Below are positions 50,901 through 61,992 of a stretch of DNA of 64,000 nucleotides, in pieces. This stretch comes from Podarcis bocagei (lineage: Eukaryota), in assembly GCA_964188305.1 (NCBI GenBank), contig OZ076902.1. One strand, given 5' to 3'. The translations under genes were made by a program, and so were the position numbers. Numbering within the stretch: position 1 is the stretch's first letter; the number at the start of each line of letters is the position of its first letter. The notes below the pieces were generated by a model. That model had not been told where the DNA came from and made no database searches. It saw only the letters and a program-made list of their open reading frames with translations.

Positions 50901-53900
50901 TGCAATATCTAAAAACACAACATAAATGCCTCCAACTCTACTAGGATAACTCTAGTTCCCAATCCCCAGAACTTGGGGGGGGGGGGATCCTGGAAGAGTC
51001 TTAAACTCATGTTAAGGAAAAACCACAAAAGGAGGAAGCCCAGCAAGCATGGAATATCATTAGCACATCCTTGCCATCTACACAGAGTTCACATAGGGAA
51101 TTATTAAAGGGGCTTTTGATGAGACAGTCCGAAGCCATTTAGGGCTCTGCTAGTTAGTAATGAATGGAGTCTGCTTCTCCTCTGCAATGTAAGAAAACTG
51201 TGGATTCACTGGGCCAGAGCAGCACCCCAATTTCCACTATTAGCACTCACCTAAATCCCCCAGGTAAACCAGACACCGGTGGCAGGCCATCTGTGCCCAT
51301 TCCATCTCCTTCTCCGATGCAGATACAGGCTTCTTGCAGCCTACGGAAGACAAAAGGAATATGGTAACCTGGGATGAGCACTGCTCAAGAACAAGGCAGC
51401 TGGGGCTCTAAACCGATGGTGGAGAGTCTGCCTGCACCAGAACCATCATGCTTGCCTTTGCTCATATGGCTCGGCTTGTTCCACAAATAGACCACACAAA
51501 CTGCAGATTGTGATCTCCTGAAAGCCTCTGCTTTTATTTTTGGAAAAGTAAAAAGCTTGAACAGCCTCAGGGGGGCAGAGATGACCTCATGTGGCCAAGG
51601 GGGTGGGGTTTCAGTCCTATGCTGTCCACCACCCAGCTTCAATAGCCATGACAGCAAAACAGCCTTCGGCAACCTGCTGTGCACCAGATGTCTTAGTTCC
51701 ACTGGCTGGAGCCAGCTGAGTTTGTAATCCAGAACATCTGGGGGACACCAGGTTGGCAAAGGCTGGAGAACAACATGCAATACAAAAAGGTCCCCTTAAT
51801 TTCTGTACTAGAGTACTGTAAGAAATGTTTGGAACAAAAATGACATCCATACATATTCTGGACATATATTAAGCCCCACAACCATGGATTTTAGTTTGCC
51901 CCTACCACAAGAGCAACCCAGGTAAGATTTCAAAGTGCAATTAATGTGTCAAAAGCTGCACAATCTTAAATGTGGATTAGAAGGCATTCTGAGGGCTTAA
52001 GTTCTGCAGCAGTATTAATGGGATTCTCTCAGTGATGGTTGCCAAGGACACGAGTCTCTCAGTGCATCATTCTGGAAGGCAGCCATCAAGAAAGCGATGG
52101 ACTCCCACCAGTCAAGAACTGAGCATGTCCAAGTGAACAAAAAAGCCGTTTCTAGCCATCTCACAGGGGTCAAAGGACTCATCTGGCCATCAGATCCCAC
52201 TCCTCCCCCAAACGCCTCTGCAAAACCAGATCCTTCACAAACTATCTGGAAAATTCTATGTTATGTCATTTACTGAGAACTCAGCAGCTTATAATGCAAT
52301 CAAGATTAATTACACCAAGAGCAAAGATGTAAAAACCAACCCAGATGCCATTTTGTAAAGCCCCATCTAACAGATGGATAAGACCCATACGTGTTTAAAC
52401 GAAAGAAGTGAATTATGTAAGCCCTATTAGAAATGCAAAACTCACAAAACAATTCTATACAAAACAACACCTTACCTCATATTTTTCACTTTCCTAGATT
52501 TAAGCATAACACTGATAACACCTTAAAATAAAATATCTGTATCTAGACACTTTTCAGTATGGACTCCCTTTTTTCAAGGAGTCAGTCATCTGACTGCCAA
52601 TCATGTATAAATTTCTGAATTCTGATTGTCTTGCCCAAATGTGTGTTAAAATGCTGCAACAGCCCAGTCAAGAAAGACCATCGTAAGTGCTCCTGAGAAA
52701 TACCAACATGGCCAGGATAATCAACCCACCTTGGATATGGGGAGGAGCAAAGATTAGCAGCAGAACACATGCTTGGCATGCAGAAGGTTCTAGGTTCAAT
52801 GGCTCCCAGCTTCCATATGACGTATGTGTATGTTATGGATTGGAGGGCATCCCAGAGGTGGTTCCTGCCACACTAAAAGGTAACCTCCGCCCTTGTTCTT
52901 AAAAGCTGGGTGCTCTCATCGTTTTCGTAAGGTTTGTGCAAAGTTTGCAATGGGAGGGACATCTCAGATACTGAGCTTTTCCGTTACGTAAGTAAATGGG
53001 TAAGTGCAGAGGATCTGAGTAACCATTGCATTGAATAAAATGTTCTTAAAACAGAGAGCCTGTGTGGAGTAGTGGTTAGAGTGCTGGACTAAGACCTGGA
53101 AGGGAAGGGCTTGAATCCCTAGTTGGCCATCAAGCTCATTGCCATCATTTAAACATAATGTGTGCCTGCTCAAACTGCAGCCGAGGTATTTCAAGGTTCC
53201 CCATAACCACCCCCACTTGCTCTTCTCAGAGCTCTTTATTTTCAAACTGGACTTGGACTGCATGCTCCTTCAAACAGAGGACTGCCCCCCCCCCCGTAAA
53301 GTAGGAAACTTGGCCATCCTAGGAGCCATACGGCTCAAGTGGTTGCAACCATTCCCACTCTGGCCAGATATAGTGTATGCCCATTGAAATTATAGCTTTG
53401 GCTTTTAAATTTGCCTCCATTGCTAGGGTTCAATTCCCTACTAGGCCATGATGCTCACCGGGTGACCTTGGGCCACTCACTGCCTCTTGGCCTAACCCAC
53501 CTCACAGGGTTGTTGTGGGTATTCAATGAGATGGAAGAAAACCACGGATGTTACCTTGGGGTGAAAGGTAGGGATACAAATGCAATAAATGAATGGTAAA
53601 TAAAATGCATGCCAACATCTGGATACTGACCTATCAGAGGATCCGTAACATGTGTCCAGTCAATACAGCCCTGCAGCTCTAACTGATAATGAGACTGGAT
53701 ATAGAGAAGAAGGTGTTGGTAAAAGCCGATGCCAGCAATAAGGTGAGTCCGGTAGGCACACTCTAGGGTGCTGCGACTGTGAATGTGCTGTGGGGTGGGG
53801 AGCAAAAAGAAGAGGGGAGGGGAAAATAAAGTTAGAACACATCCCCAGTTGCTTCACCATCACCTTCATCCCCCTCCCTGTTCTCAAAAGGTAGCTAAGT

Positions 53901-56900
53901 TCAGCAGAAAACTCTTTTTTTTCTGGCCACTCTATGGCACCCCTCTTCTGTAGAACTTGCAATGTGTAGGCTGCCACCGGCATTTTGCTACTTGTCGTCT
54001 CCCTACCACGGATGAGCTGTGCCAGGCTGAGGGCTACTTTGCTGGTGAAAATTCAGTTTATGGCTTTTACGCTTTGGAAAGTGAGTACAACTCCGCTATT
54101 CTCCAATGGTGGGCTTGCGAAAAGCTGCACCCTCCCTTAAGTCAACGGAAGGGGATTTGGGGTAGTCGTTGCTGCTGTTCTCTCCCCTCAGCTGATAATA
54201 AGGAGCAATCACCAACTGAAAAGTTAGCCTTCCTCTGCATGCTGCAGACAAAAGGAGTTTTGCATGCAAGTACACCGTCTGTTGCCTCCTTAATTAGGCT
54301 TCCATGACCGTAGCCATTTCTATGCACTATTCACTCCACAGACTTGAAGCAAGGAAGGAAAAAGTCAGGAGAACCAGGGGTCATGTGGGGTGCTGCTCTG
54401 TGTAATCTGCAGCCAAGGCTGCAGGCAGCTTAAGAACCACCACTGTGACCACACAAGAGAAGTAGCTCATCCACTTTATGTTGCTGCCTTTACATGTTAG
54501 AACAACAAGATCAAGGATGAGATCTGAGTCATGGGATGAGGTATTTGTAGAAATAAAATACTGGGGAAATCTTTTTAAAAGAAACCCATTGAAATAGCAG
54601 TGTTGAGCATATTCAGTGGAGACAACCAAGGGTTGAGTACAAACATTTAATTGTTTACTTATTAATGGCAGCAGGAATATTGGTAGCTAGAAACTGGAAA
54701 GAAGCAACGGGTTCAAATCCGTGGTTCCCAAAATGGGCGACACTGCCCCCAGGGCTGATTACTAAGGGGGAGCACTAGGATGCAAGGGGGCAGCATGGGG
54801 CACTGGAAGTGTAAATGACTATCAGTCTTTGAAAAGCTGGTATCACAGAATGAAGTTCATCCATTTTGGTGAATTAAGCTACATACTTTTAATTGGATTT
54901 TGAATAAATGTGCATTTGATCGTTGCGGTTTTGAATATGATTGTGTTATTATCTTCCTGAATGGGTTGTGCAAACTGCTACTTTGAATGTTTTCTATATG
55001 ATACAGGGCACTGGGGGTGAATTTATGGAATCAAGAGGGAGGGGGGCCAAAAGTTTCAGAACCAGTGGTTTAAATGCAAAAATCAAGGGGGAAACGAAAT
55101 TTGGGACATAACACTTTCTGAAAAACTGACACAAAAACATCATGTGGCCAGAAAGCAAACAAAAATCCCACCAACTTTTATGATGGACCGGTGGCCATAC
55201 AGTTGTGTTAACATTTTCCTTCATACTGATATTAGCAACTTTCAGTCTCTCTCCACTTCAGGTCTTGTAGGAACTTTGCTATTACTGTTTACATCTGAAC
55301 TATGCTTCCAGGCTGGGGAAAGCAGGAGTACATTATTATTTTCTATTTTCAATTTTAACATGCTTTTTTCAAAAAGGTTCAGAGACAGCTTGCCTTTTTG
55401 TTTGTTTTAATGAGCTGAATGACTTCATAGTAAACTTTCCTCCACAGCAGCTCTTCTGCTTTCCTCCCATAATCCACTGGGTGCAAGAACATCAACTTCA
55501 CACATAGTTCACGTAACCTAGAGCAGGAAATTGGAGAGTGGGCAAAAGAGAGGGGGGGTTAGCCTTCAACTTAGCAAGAACAGCCACTTAAGCTATGATC
55601 CCTTCCCAGCAGAACAAAAAGATGTGCAGTCTGAAGCCACCCATCTTCCACTGCATCCTGCAATCTGGGTCAATGGCACAATACAGCTTAGCAAAATACA
55701 ACTTAACACAAAATGTCAGGACAGGGCAGCCAGAGGCCAGATGAACCCTTCACTTTTTACACTACCTGGCATCCCATATGAGACATAGCAATCATTCAAG
55801 ACAACCTCCCCAACCCTTAGAAACATCTGGAGGGACTTACTGAACTAGAAACTTTAATATGCGGTATAAACTTGTTTTAAGTAGCAGTTCCAACTTTAAG
55901 CTGCTCTTATGGCATTTCCCCTGAGAAATGACAAACTAATTAGTATTGCTGTAGTTTATTCTATTTTAAATTTATATATATACACATATATATATATATA
56001 AAATTGAAAAAGCAGTAAAATATTTTTTATACTAAAAAAAGAAGCCCCTCATAGTTGAGGCAACTAAATAGCCAAGGAAACAGCAGGACATGGTGGCAGT
56101 CAGTCTAGCTTCCAGACTGCCTGGTCACTGTCTCTAGGCAAGATAGCTTTTTAAAACTGGGAGAGCTGGAGCAGTCTGTTTGGAAGCTTCTTCTGTGCAA
56201 GTTCCGCTGAACTCCCAAATGCACAAGCCCCTTGTACACACACCCACACACCCATTGTTTTTTCAGGCTACTGCTGTGTCACATAATTAACAAAGGTATG
56301 TGCAGGTGAATAGGCTAGGTAAACTTTACTATGGGGTAAATTTTCTGCAAGGGTGTTCCCAAACAACATTATGTGTAAAGCAACAGCTCTGACCACAAGT
56401 TTGAAATTTGCTGCAGAACGAAGCAATATCCTGCACTGAATAATCCACTGGCCCGATAAAGGGCAGGCTTATATATCATATCATTAATATAAAGCTTCCG
56501 CAAGTATTTTTTTTATTCCATTTATATCCGGTCTTCCATGAAACTGAAGGCAGTGTGCACAAGTCCATGCAAAGCGTCCCTCCCATACCTGCTTAGTTCC
56601 AGCAAGGGTAGATCTTGTGCCTTCAAGACCATGCCCCTAAGTGAACTACAAAACTTAAAAAAGGAAGAGAGACTCAGCTTGCTTACTTGTTTCTCAGGCT
56701 GATGTTCTCTGGTTTAAAAACTTCTTGATAAGCTGCCTTGTTTCCAAGAATGAGATCCAGTCTATGCACGGCTTCTACCACAGCTCTACAAGAGACACAA
56801 AAGAACAGCAAGTATTAACATAAGGAAGACACAGCTTTGAGAGCTGCATGGGAATTCTGTATTGCCATGATCTTCCTCCTTTCCTTGGTTTCTTAAAGCT

Positions 56901-59900
56901 TGTTCACCCAATCAAGATACATGGGGGACAAAATAATACTGTACTGTGATAAAATACAAGCATATTTAAAACATTTTAAAGCATCTGAAAACATTTAAAC
57001 ACACTAAAACAAGTTTAAAAACAGATGTAACCAAATCATGTGTCTGGACAAGCCTGCTGAAACAGAAACATTTTCAACAGGTGTCTAAAATAGTATTGTG
57101 AGGGTGCCCGCTTAATGTCAATTGGCAGGGAGTTCCAGAGCACCAGTGCAGCCACACAAAAGGAACGACTCCTCACAAATGCAGAATGAACAGCATGTGG
57201 CACTTGCAAAAGTGCAAGTTCTGCAGATAGAATTCTGGGGTGCAATAGCCACACCACCTGGCTAGTTACCTTTGGTCACTGTGTTTACCTTTACTGCAAG
57301 GTTAAGCTAAGAGGCAAGCCTCCAGTTTTAAGCAATGCGCAGCCAGTTCAGGTGCTTGCTTGCTCCTTTCTCCAAGCATCCCTCAGAATTCAGCTGCATG
57401 GAAGAGGTCAGGCCTGACCTAGCACGTCACTTGCTACTCCCTGGCCGTCAATCAACATCAGCAGCAGCTGGAAATGTATCTGACAAGGGGCTCTAGTCCA
57501 CAAATGCTTGTAGCATAATAAGTCTGTCACGGTGTAACCAGACTGTTTTCAGACACGAATCTAACAGAGCCACCCACCCTTTCAGAGTCTATACCTGTTA
57601 GGAAGAAAGAACAGCCGCATTTGACAGGCTAGTCTCCACTGATGGAGACAGTCCATAGCTCCAACTGCCAGTGGCTAAATCCTGACTAGAGAGTACACTC
57701 TAGTTGTTCCCTCCTTTGCTCCCACAGAATGTTAGCTACCTACTTCCAGATGAAGATATTGGAAGCAAACCTCTTGAGGTGTATGCTTTTAGGTCCAATT
57801 TTTATAGTTGCAAGTTGTTGGGCTTTAATGTTAAAACCCACCCCGGAACCTTAGGTTGAAGGGCAGGCAATAAACACACACACACTCTGGGTATGTTTGT
57901 GTGTGCAAAGGGTAGCCTATACACAACCTATTCCCATAAAGCAGCAACTCCCAAGCAGCTTCTGCCCTCAAGTTCTGAACTTGCTGCCACTGCTCTGGAA
58001 GGAAAGTCCCACTCCAAGATATAAAAGCTTGCACAGGTGCCAAATACCATGTGGTTCTAAGGCTGTAATGTAAGGGTGGGCTCCATTCTCTGGTGAGAAG
58101 CCTTCCAGGGGCCACATGCCAGTACTGGGTGGGGCAGCTCGGGCCAAAAATGGGCATGGACACAGGTAACGTGTCCACGTTAATAGACCCACAGTACCCA
58201 TCCTTAAAAAATGACGGACGTTCTGCAAGCAAGATTCCGCACAGGGAAAATTTGAGCTTGGGGACTGCACAATAGAAACAAAACACAGGCAAGGTTGGCT
58301 GGGGGGGCATGGAATCTAGCTGTGACTTGGGCTCACTTGACAGTGAGAAAGACACGTACTGTACAGCACAACTTTGTGCAGGGTACCTTGAAGCAGGAAA
58401 GTTAGCTGGAGAAACCTGCAAGGAATACGAGAAGACTATTTGGGGCAGTAGTTAGCCATCTGGTGCTCAGCACCAGGCTTCAAACACACCCTTTCCCCTT
58501 ACTCTCTAAGCAAACCTAAAGGCTTCACAGTTAAGAAGTACTGACCTTCCAACTACTTGATATTTTCAATATAACTGAAAGCAGTGCCACTTTGGGGTAT
58601 TAAGAGGTTGGCACTGGACCTGGCTGACGCATTTCGATACCTACTGCTGGGTTTTCTCATTGGCAGAAAGCAAGTCTAATGCCTCAGTCTATTAAAAGAC
58701 CCGAAAATGGCAATGCATACCATGCTCCATGAACACAAGCCAATGACAAGCATTTTGACTGTAGGGAAGAAGGCAGGGAAAGCTGTTTGCATCTCAAGCC
58801 TCAGCTGTACTTGGCCAAGGATTCAAACTCAACCACAGGCTCACCAAGTGACCTTAGAAAAAACACTTACATCATCAGTTTTCTTCCTTCACTCCGCACT
58901 GCCCTCCACAAAAAGATAGCTATGTGACCTATGATGTGGCAGGGAAATGCCTAAACCATAGAAAGCTAACCTTGAAAAAGGCTGCCTTACCCTCCAAGGG
59001 TCATGTGCCACTCTCTCATGAGCATTTTCACAAACCATTCACACCTGCAGGCACACAGCACACATATCCTTGTCATAGTACCTGGTGACAAGGTTTAAAC
59101 CTCTAATTTCATCCCGGCACTGCATCGGAGCTTCAGATCACCCCATCACCATGCTGGGCTATATGTAGAAGTTTAAATATTTCCTCCCAACCCAGCACTA
59201 TTATGGGGAGGAAAATGAGTACTGGTGGGCCTAATCTGCTTCATGGGTTTGCCACTCCGTCTCAAACCAGATGTGGAAAACCCTTGGCCCTCCAGACGTT
59301 GCTGAACTCAAAACTCTCAGCATTCCCAGTCCTTGGCCTAGGGCTGATGGAAGTTGTAGTTCAGCAACATCCGAAGGGTCTAAATCCAGGTTGCTGTCTA
59401 AGAAAATGTCAGGAAGGAGACAGGAGAATCTATGTGGAGCCACAGGGAAAGCAGATGAGGTGGGGACAGAAAGGAACAGAATTATTTACTCTGAAGTGAT
59501 ATGCTATGAAGCAGAGGGACATGGCAACAAAGTGCATCCAGCATTCAACTTGCATGCAGTGGCCTGGGAATAGCCACTGAGAGTTGCCATAATCCATCTG
59601 TGAAGTAACCTGCCTCCATATAACGTTCTGAAAATTATGATGGAGGGAATGCAGTGGACAGGGCTTTGTTAAGTGCCACAGAAGAGAATCACTTAAGAGT
59701 GTCTGCCTTTACTGCCCTGCCAAAAAAAGGGTTGGGATGGAGAAAATGTCAATTTCTTTACACCCTTGACTCTGGGTTTCCTGCTCCATCGTACTCTGCT
59801 TAAGTGGGAATGGAAGAAGAAACTGGCTGATAGGGTCAGGGTGGATTAAAAAAAGGGCAGGGCTGGACCTTTTTAAAAAAACAACACAGCAAGGTGAAAT

Positions 59901-61562
59901 AAAATAATTGCAAATGCCTCCTATCACCCAGTGGAGAGAAAAAAAGAATGATGGATCCATAAGTTTGCGAAAGTTTGCCAGATTTAAGGAAAGCTTCCTC
60001 CTTGCCAAGCTCCATCAAAGACAGAAAGCTATCTGTGGGATCAGGGCAGAAATGGGTGGCTGGGAGAGAACCAGGTACAAATCCCTGCTGCCATTGGGTG
60101 ACCTTGGTCCAGCCTCTCTCTCACAGCATACCCCTTCACAATAAGATGGGGATGAAGGGTTTTGGCACATGTTCAGCTCAGGCTTCCTCACAGGGTTGCT
60201 CAGAAGATGGGGAGTCATTCAGACCTCGAGTCATTCAGTCACCCTGTTCCACCTCAGAACCATTCAGTCACCCTCTTTCATCCTCACTTAAGGATTGCTG
60301 AGGGAAAAAACTGGGAAGGAGGGGGAGCACCGTATGTCATTCAGTTGTCCTCTTTTGACCTCATGGGGAATAAAGAGAATAAAGGGTGTGTGAGAGGTTA
60401 GAAAGAACCTTGAGCTATACAAAATAAGTTTTAACTATTTTAAATTTCTGAATTTGAAATTGCTGTAATCTGCCCCAGGACCTCCTGGTGAAAGGTGCAC
60501 AATAACTTTAGTAATAAGAATAATAACAATGACAACAACTTTTACCTAGCCTCTTGTTCAGGGCTGCACATTCATCTCTCAGACTTCCAATAGATATATT
60601 ATAGCAATATTCTGCCTTATATACATTAAGATTAAACTGACCAGGTACCTATTCAAGAGAGGTGAAGAGGGTGAAGACAAGAGGATTAAAGGTGGGGTGA
60701 GAAGGCACCTTGGCCTTTACAGCTCCCCTCACCTATACAATCCCTCTCAGGGTCACTAAAAATACAAAATAGGGTGGCCACCTCATAGGGTTACAAAGGA
60801 AAATGCAAAGGAAGATAAAAGATGATGGGTGGGTGGATGAGAAAGATCCTTGGGTTTAAACAGGTGCAACTTGCTCTGGGTCCTTAGGTGGGGAATTGAT
60901 CCTCACCCCCCTTATCCTCTCAGAAACCCAAAAGGGGGGCAGGATGAAGAGACGGATGTGAGAGAGATCCCCAGGTCATAATATTGGGCGTTAATTGTTG
61001 TAACTCACCCTGGGTCCGTAGGTGGTTAATAAATAATGGTGACCATCCTATCCTCCCTCCTCACGGTCGGTGAGAACATAAAACGGGGGAGGGAAAGAGG
61101 GCACCTTAGGCCACTCAGTTGTGCCCTTTCAACCTCACGAGAGGATAAAGGGGGGGGGACAACCGTGTGTGTTAGAGAGAGAGAGAGAAAGAGCCTTGGG
61201 TCCCAGTATTGCGTTTTAATTCTTGTAACCCGCCCTGGGACCGGGGAAATCACCACCACCCCCGCCCCGGGGCTGGTTGTGGGGCGAGTTAGAAATATGA
61301 GCGGACTGGGGGGGGGACCCATGCCCGCCACCGTGACCTCCGCAGATAATAGTTGGATAGATATATTAACATTTGACCAGGTATCTATACCCAGCGAAAG
61401 GGAGCGGGGAAGAGGCCCGGATCCGAGGGAGGTAAACCGGGGTTGGGGTTGGGGTCTCCCTGCCTTTCTCCCTCACCGGTAGAGCCTCTTGGTGTGGAGA
61501 GCTTTGGCCTCGGGTTCCCCGCCGCCGCCGCCTCCTCCTCCGCTTCCGCTGCCTTGGCTCAT
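33349..61562 (-). CDS. SMG5: SMG5 nonsense-mediated decay factor, full coding span (22 exons, 3177 nt, 1058 aa)
   Basis: All 22 exons join in frame with consistent phases and GT-AG ends, except one GC-AG intron. The translation matches vertebrate SMG5 from MSQG...EPEAKALHTKRLYRAVVEAVHRLDLIL through the PIN-like domain (PYLVPDTQAL) to EFYKQWKEMG*. Confidence 0.98.
33929..34067 (-). CDS. SMG5: SMG5 exon 21 (NLYKILDSCKQLTTSQGGSEDDSSGMVTILTGFQLDDPSKLSAPMK)
   Basis: cag| ... |gtgagt; 139 nt. Confidence 0.96.
34192..34266 (-). CDS. SMG5: SMG5 exon 20 (YIRCQKEVGKSFERHKLKRQDLDA)
   Basis: tag| ... |gtaagc; 75 nt. Confidence 0.96.
34751..34970. mobile_element. Tc1/mariner MITE
   Basis: TA|CAGTGGTACCTTGGTTT...AAACCAAGGTACTACTG|TA. 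Confidence 0.85.
35250..35340 (-). CDS. SMG5: SMG5 exon 19 (IDGLDFLKKENAGARDSIRYLEAEFKKGN)
   Basis: tag| ... |gtaggt; 91 nt. Confidence 0.96.
35758..35917 (-). CDS. SMG5: SMG5 exon 18 (LEVSQLEGSLQQPKAQCVMSPYLVPDTQAL...IVIIPRT), start of PIN-like domain
   Basis: cag| ... |gtaaga; 160 nt. Confidence 0.96.
36921..36980 (-). CDS. SMG5: SMG5 exon 17 (AAEEARRNRLMRDMAQLRLQ)
   Basis: tag| ... |gtatga; 60 nt. Confidence 0.96.
37801..37959 (-). CDS. SMG5: SMG5 exon 16 (SVVRICCVRSFGHF...QQAQAQFRM)
   Basis: cag| ... |gtgagc; 159 nt. Confidence 0.96.
38438..38613 (-). CDS. SMG5: SMG5 exon 15 (LFLCNEVKSMLPGCELPDLP...DRPLLAEVEE)
   Basis: cag| ... |gtaaga; 176 nt. Confidence 0.96.
39790..39865 (-). CDS. 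SMG5: SMG5 exon 14 (SSQSLWNRLSVLLNLLPSAGDLQDS)
   Basis: cag| ... |gtaact; 76 nt. Confidence 0.96.
40669..40838 (-). CDS. SMG5: SMG5 exon 13 (...CRNERSLQEKLEIITNEGLLPTVKVFLDWLRTNTDLIIMCAQ)
   Basis: aag| ... |gtaggg; 170 nt. Confidence 0.92.
41581..41629. repeat. (CT)n/(GA)n microsatellite abutting the SMG5 exon 12 donor
   Basis: About 24 units. Confidence 0.95.
41632..42351 (-). CDS. SMG5: SMG5 exon 12, large acidic linker exon (SRLSCLRRRRH, ETDSDMNSQESRSDLEDME, SIASNLQAMSTQLFQTKRCFRLAPTFSN)
   Basis: cag| ... |gtgaga; 720 nt, phase 1-1. Confidence 0.95.
42683..42933. mobile_element. Tc1/mariner MITE nested in an hAT-like repeat
   Basis: TA|CAGTGGTACCTTGGTTGTCAAAC...GTTTGACAACCAAGGTACCACAG|TA; host sequence resumes with TTGTGTTATTATCTTC, as in the 54.9-kb copy. 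Confidence 0.85.
43412..43549 (-). CDS. SMG5: SMG5 exon 11 (SKQYSAAIAFTLALFSHLINHVNIRLQAELEEGENPVPAFRNDGT)
   Basis: cag| ... |gtgagg; 138 nt. Confidence 0.96.
44420..44628 (-). CDS. SMG5: SMG5 exon 10 (SADSELTSLCQSVLEDFNLCLFYLP...VHSLKRA)
   Basis: cag| ... |gtgagc; 209 nt. Confidence 0.96.
45382..45450 (-). CDS. SMG5: SMG5 exon 9 (CKDIKRLLVSFMYLQSLLQPKS)
   Basis: cag| ... |gtgagt; 69 nt. Confidence 0.96.
46605..46730 (-). CDS. SMG5: SMG5 exon 8 (IQSEVSFEGAYGNLKRLYDKAAKMYHQLKKCETRKLSPSKK)
   Basis: tag| ... |gtaagg; 126 nt. Confidence 0.96.
47062..47427 (-). mobile_element. Full-length Sauria SINE with 12-bp target-site duplication
   Basis: TSD ATTCGATGCCTA at 47050-47061 and 47428-47439; (AAAGGT)n tail; B-box GGTTCGAATCCC on the minus strand. 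Confidence 0.9.
47869..47939. repeat. Compound (CT)n(CA)n microsatellite
   Basis: Direct observation. Confidence 0.95.
48152..48385 (+). mobile_element. tRNA-derived CORE/MIR-like SINE; related copies near 2580, 12056, 23860, 37090, 39920, 53060, 53420, 60060, 62190 and 63020
   Basis: A-box (TAGTGGTTAGAG), B-box (GGTTCGAATC), shared CTCAGCCTAACCTACCTCA core, (TAAA)n tail. Confidence 0.75.
49111..49189 (-). CDS. SMG5: SMG5 exon 7 (MPFNQLGTLAGSNYYNVEATYCYLR)
   Basis: cag| ... |gtgagt; 79 nt; EST1-family PFNQLG motif. Confidence 0.96.
50601..50690 (-). CDS. SMG5: SMG5 exon 6 (RYQNELAGVDTELLAERFYYQALSVAPQI)
   Basis: cag| ... |gtaagt; 90 nt. Confidence 0.96.
51251..51340 (-). CDS. SMG5: SMG5 exon 5 (CKKPVSASEKEMEWAQMACHRCLVYLGDL)
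   Basis: tag| ... |gtgagt; 90 nt. Confidence 0.96.
   Translation of the reverse strand, partial: AARSLYLHRRRRWNGHRWPATGVWFTWGI
53631..53787 (-). CDS. SMG5: SMG5 exon 4 (HIHSRSTLECAYRTHLIAG...DWTHVTDPLI/G)
   Basis: cag| ... |gtcagt; 157 nt. Confidence 0.96.
54719..55067. mobile_element. hAT-like non-autonomous element; related copies at about 560-660, 7302-7880 and 42455-42680
   Basis: Ends CCGTGGTTCCCAAA...TTTCAGAACCAGTG; TSD GTTCAAAT/GTTTAAAT; shared internal segment around AAAGCTGGT. Confidence 0.65.
55394..55517 (-). CDS. SMG5: SMG5 exon 3 (LRELCVKLMFLHPVDYGRKAEELLWRKVYYEVIQLIKTNKK), GC donor
   Basis: tag| ... AAG|gcaagc; 124 nt; frame continues into HIHSRSTLEC. Confidence 0.93.
56687..56785 (-). 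CDS. SMG5: SMG5 exon 2 (AVVEAVHRLDLILGNKAAYQEVFKPENISLRN/K)
   Basis: tag| ... |gtaagc; 99 nt. Confidence 0.96.
61477..61562 (-). CDS. SMG5: SMG5 coding exon 1 (MSQGSGSGGGGGGGGEPEAKALHTKRLY/R)
   Basis: ATG in context GGCGCCATGA; donor CG|GTGAGG; 86 nt. Confidence 0.95.
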
Positions 61563-61615
61563 GGCGCCCAGCCGGGCCTGCCTCGCGTGTGGCCGGCGGC
61601 TTCCGAAGGGCTCCC

Positions 61616-61816
61616 TCAGCAGCTCCACCTGCCGCCACTGCTCCAGGCCCAGCCTTCCCCGCGGCGCCGCTCCAGCTGCTGCTCGTCCCGCCGCCCCTGC
61701 CTCAGGGGCCGCCGCCGCTGCTGCTCCTCCTCCGCCGCCTGCCTCTCGAGACTCCCCCGCTGCCGCCGAGCCTGCTGCTGCTGCTGCCGCCGGCGGCCCC
61801 CTCGCCCGGCAGCCAT
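61616..61816 (-). promoter_or_regulatory. Upstream ORF (66 codons) in the predicted SMG5 5'UTR
   Basis: AGCGCGATGG start; out of frame with the main ORF; TGA ends 53 nt before the SMG5 ATG. Confidence 0.55.
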
Positions 61817-61982
61817 CGCGCTCCGGCTCCTCCCCCGCCCCGCCGTGCGCGCGCTTCCTCCCTTCCCTTCCCTCCCTCCTGCCTTCCTTCCTTCCGCGAT
61901 CGGGATCCCGGGGGCTGCCGCGGCGGCGGAGGAGGAGGAGGCTGCCCACCTCAGCCAAGTCGCGCGGGAACTCGCCCGCGCC

Positions 61983-61992
61983 TCTCGCGAGA
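61983..61992. promoter_or_regulatory. TCTCGCGAGA element (BANP motif, formerly attributed to Kaiso/ZBTB33)
   Basis: Exact palindrome at the upstream edge of the CpG island, typical of housekeeping promoters. Confidence 0.7.

Noticed and set aside
57831-58421. 196-aa ORF in SMG5 intron 1
   Set aside because: Non-ATG start, no recognisable domain and no convincing splice boundaries
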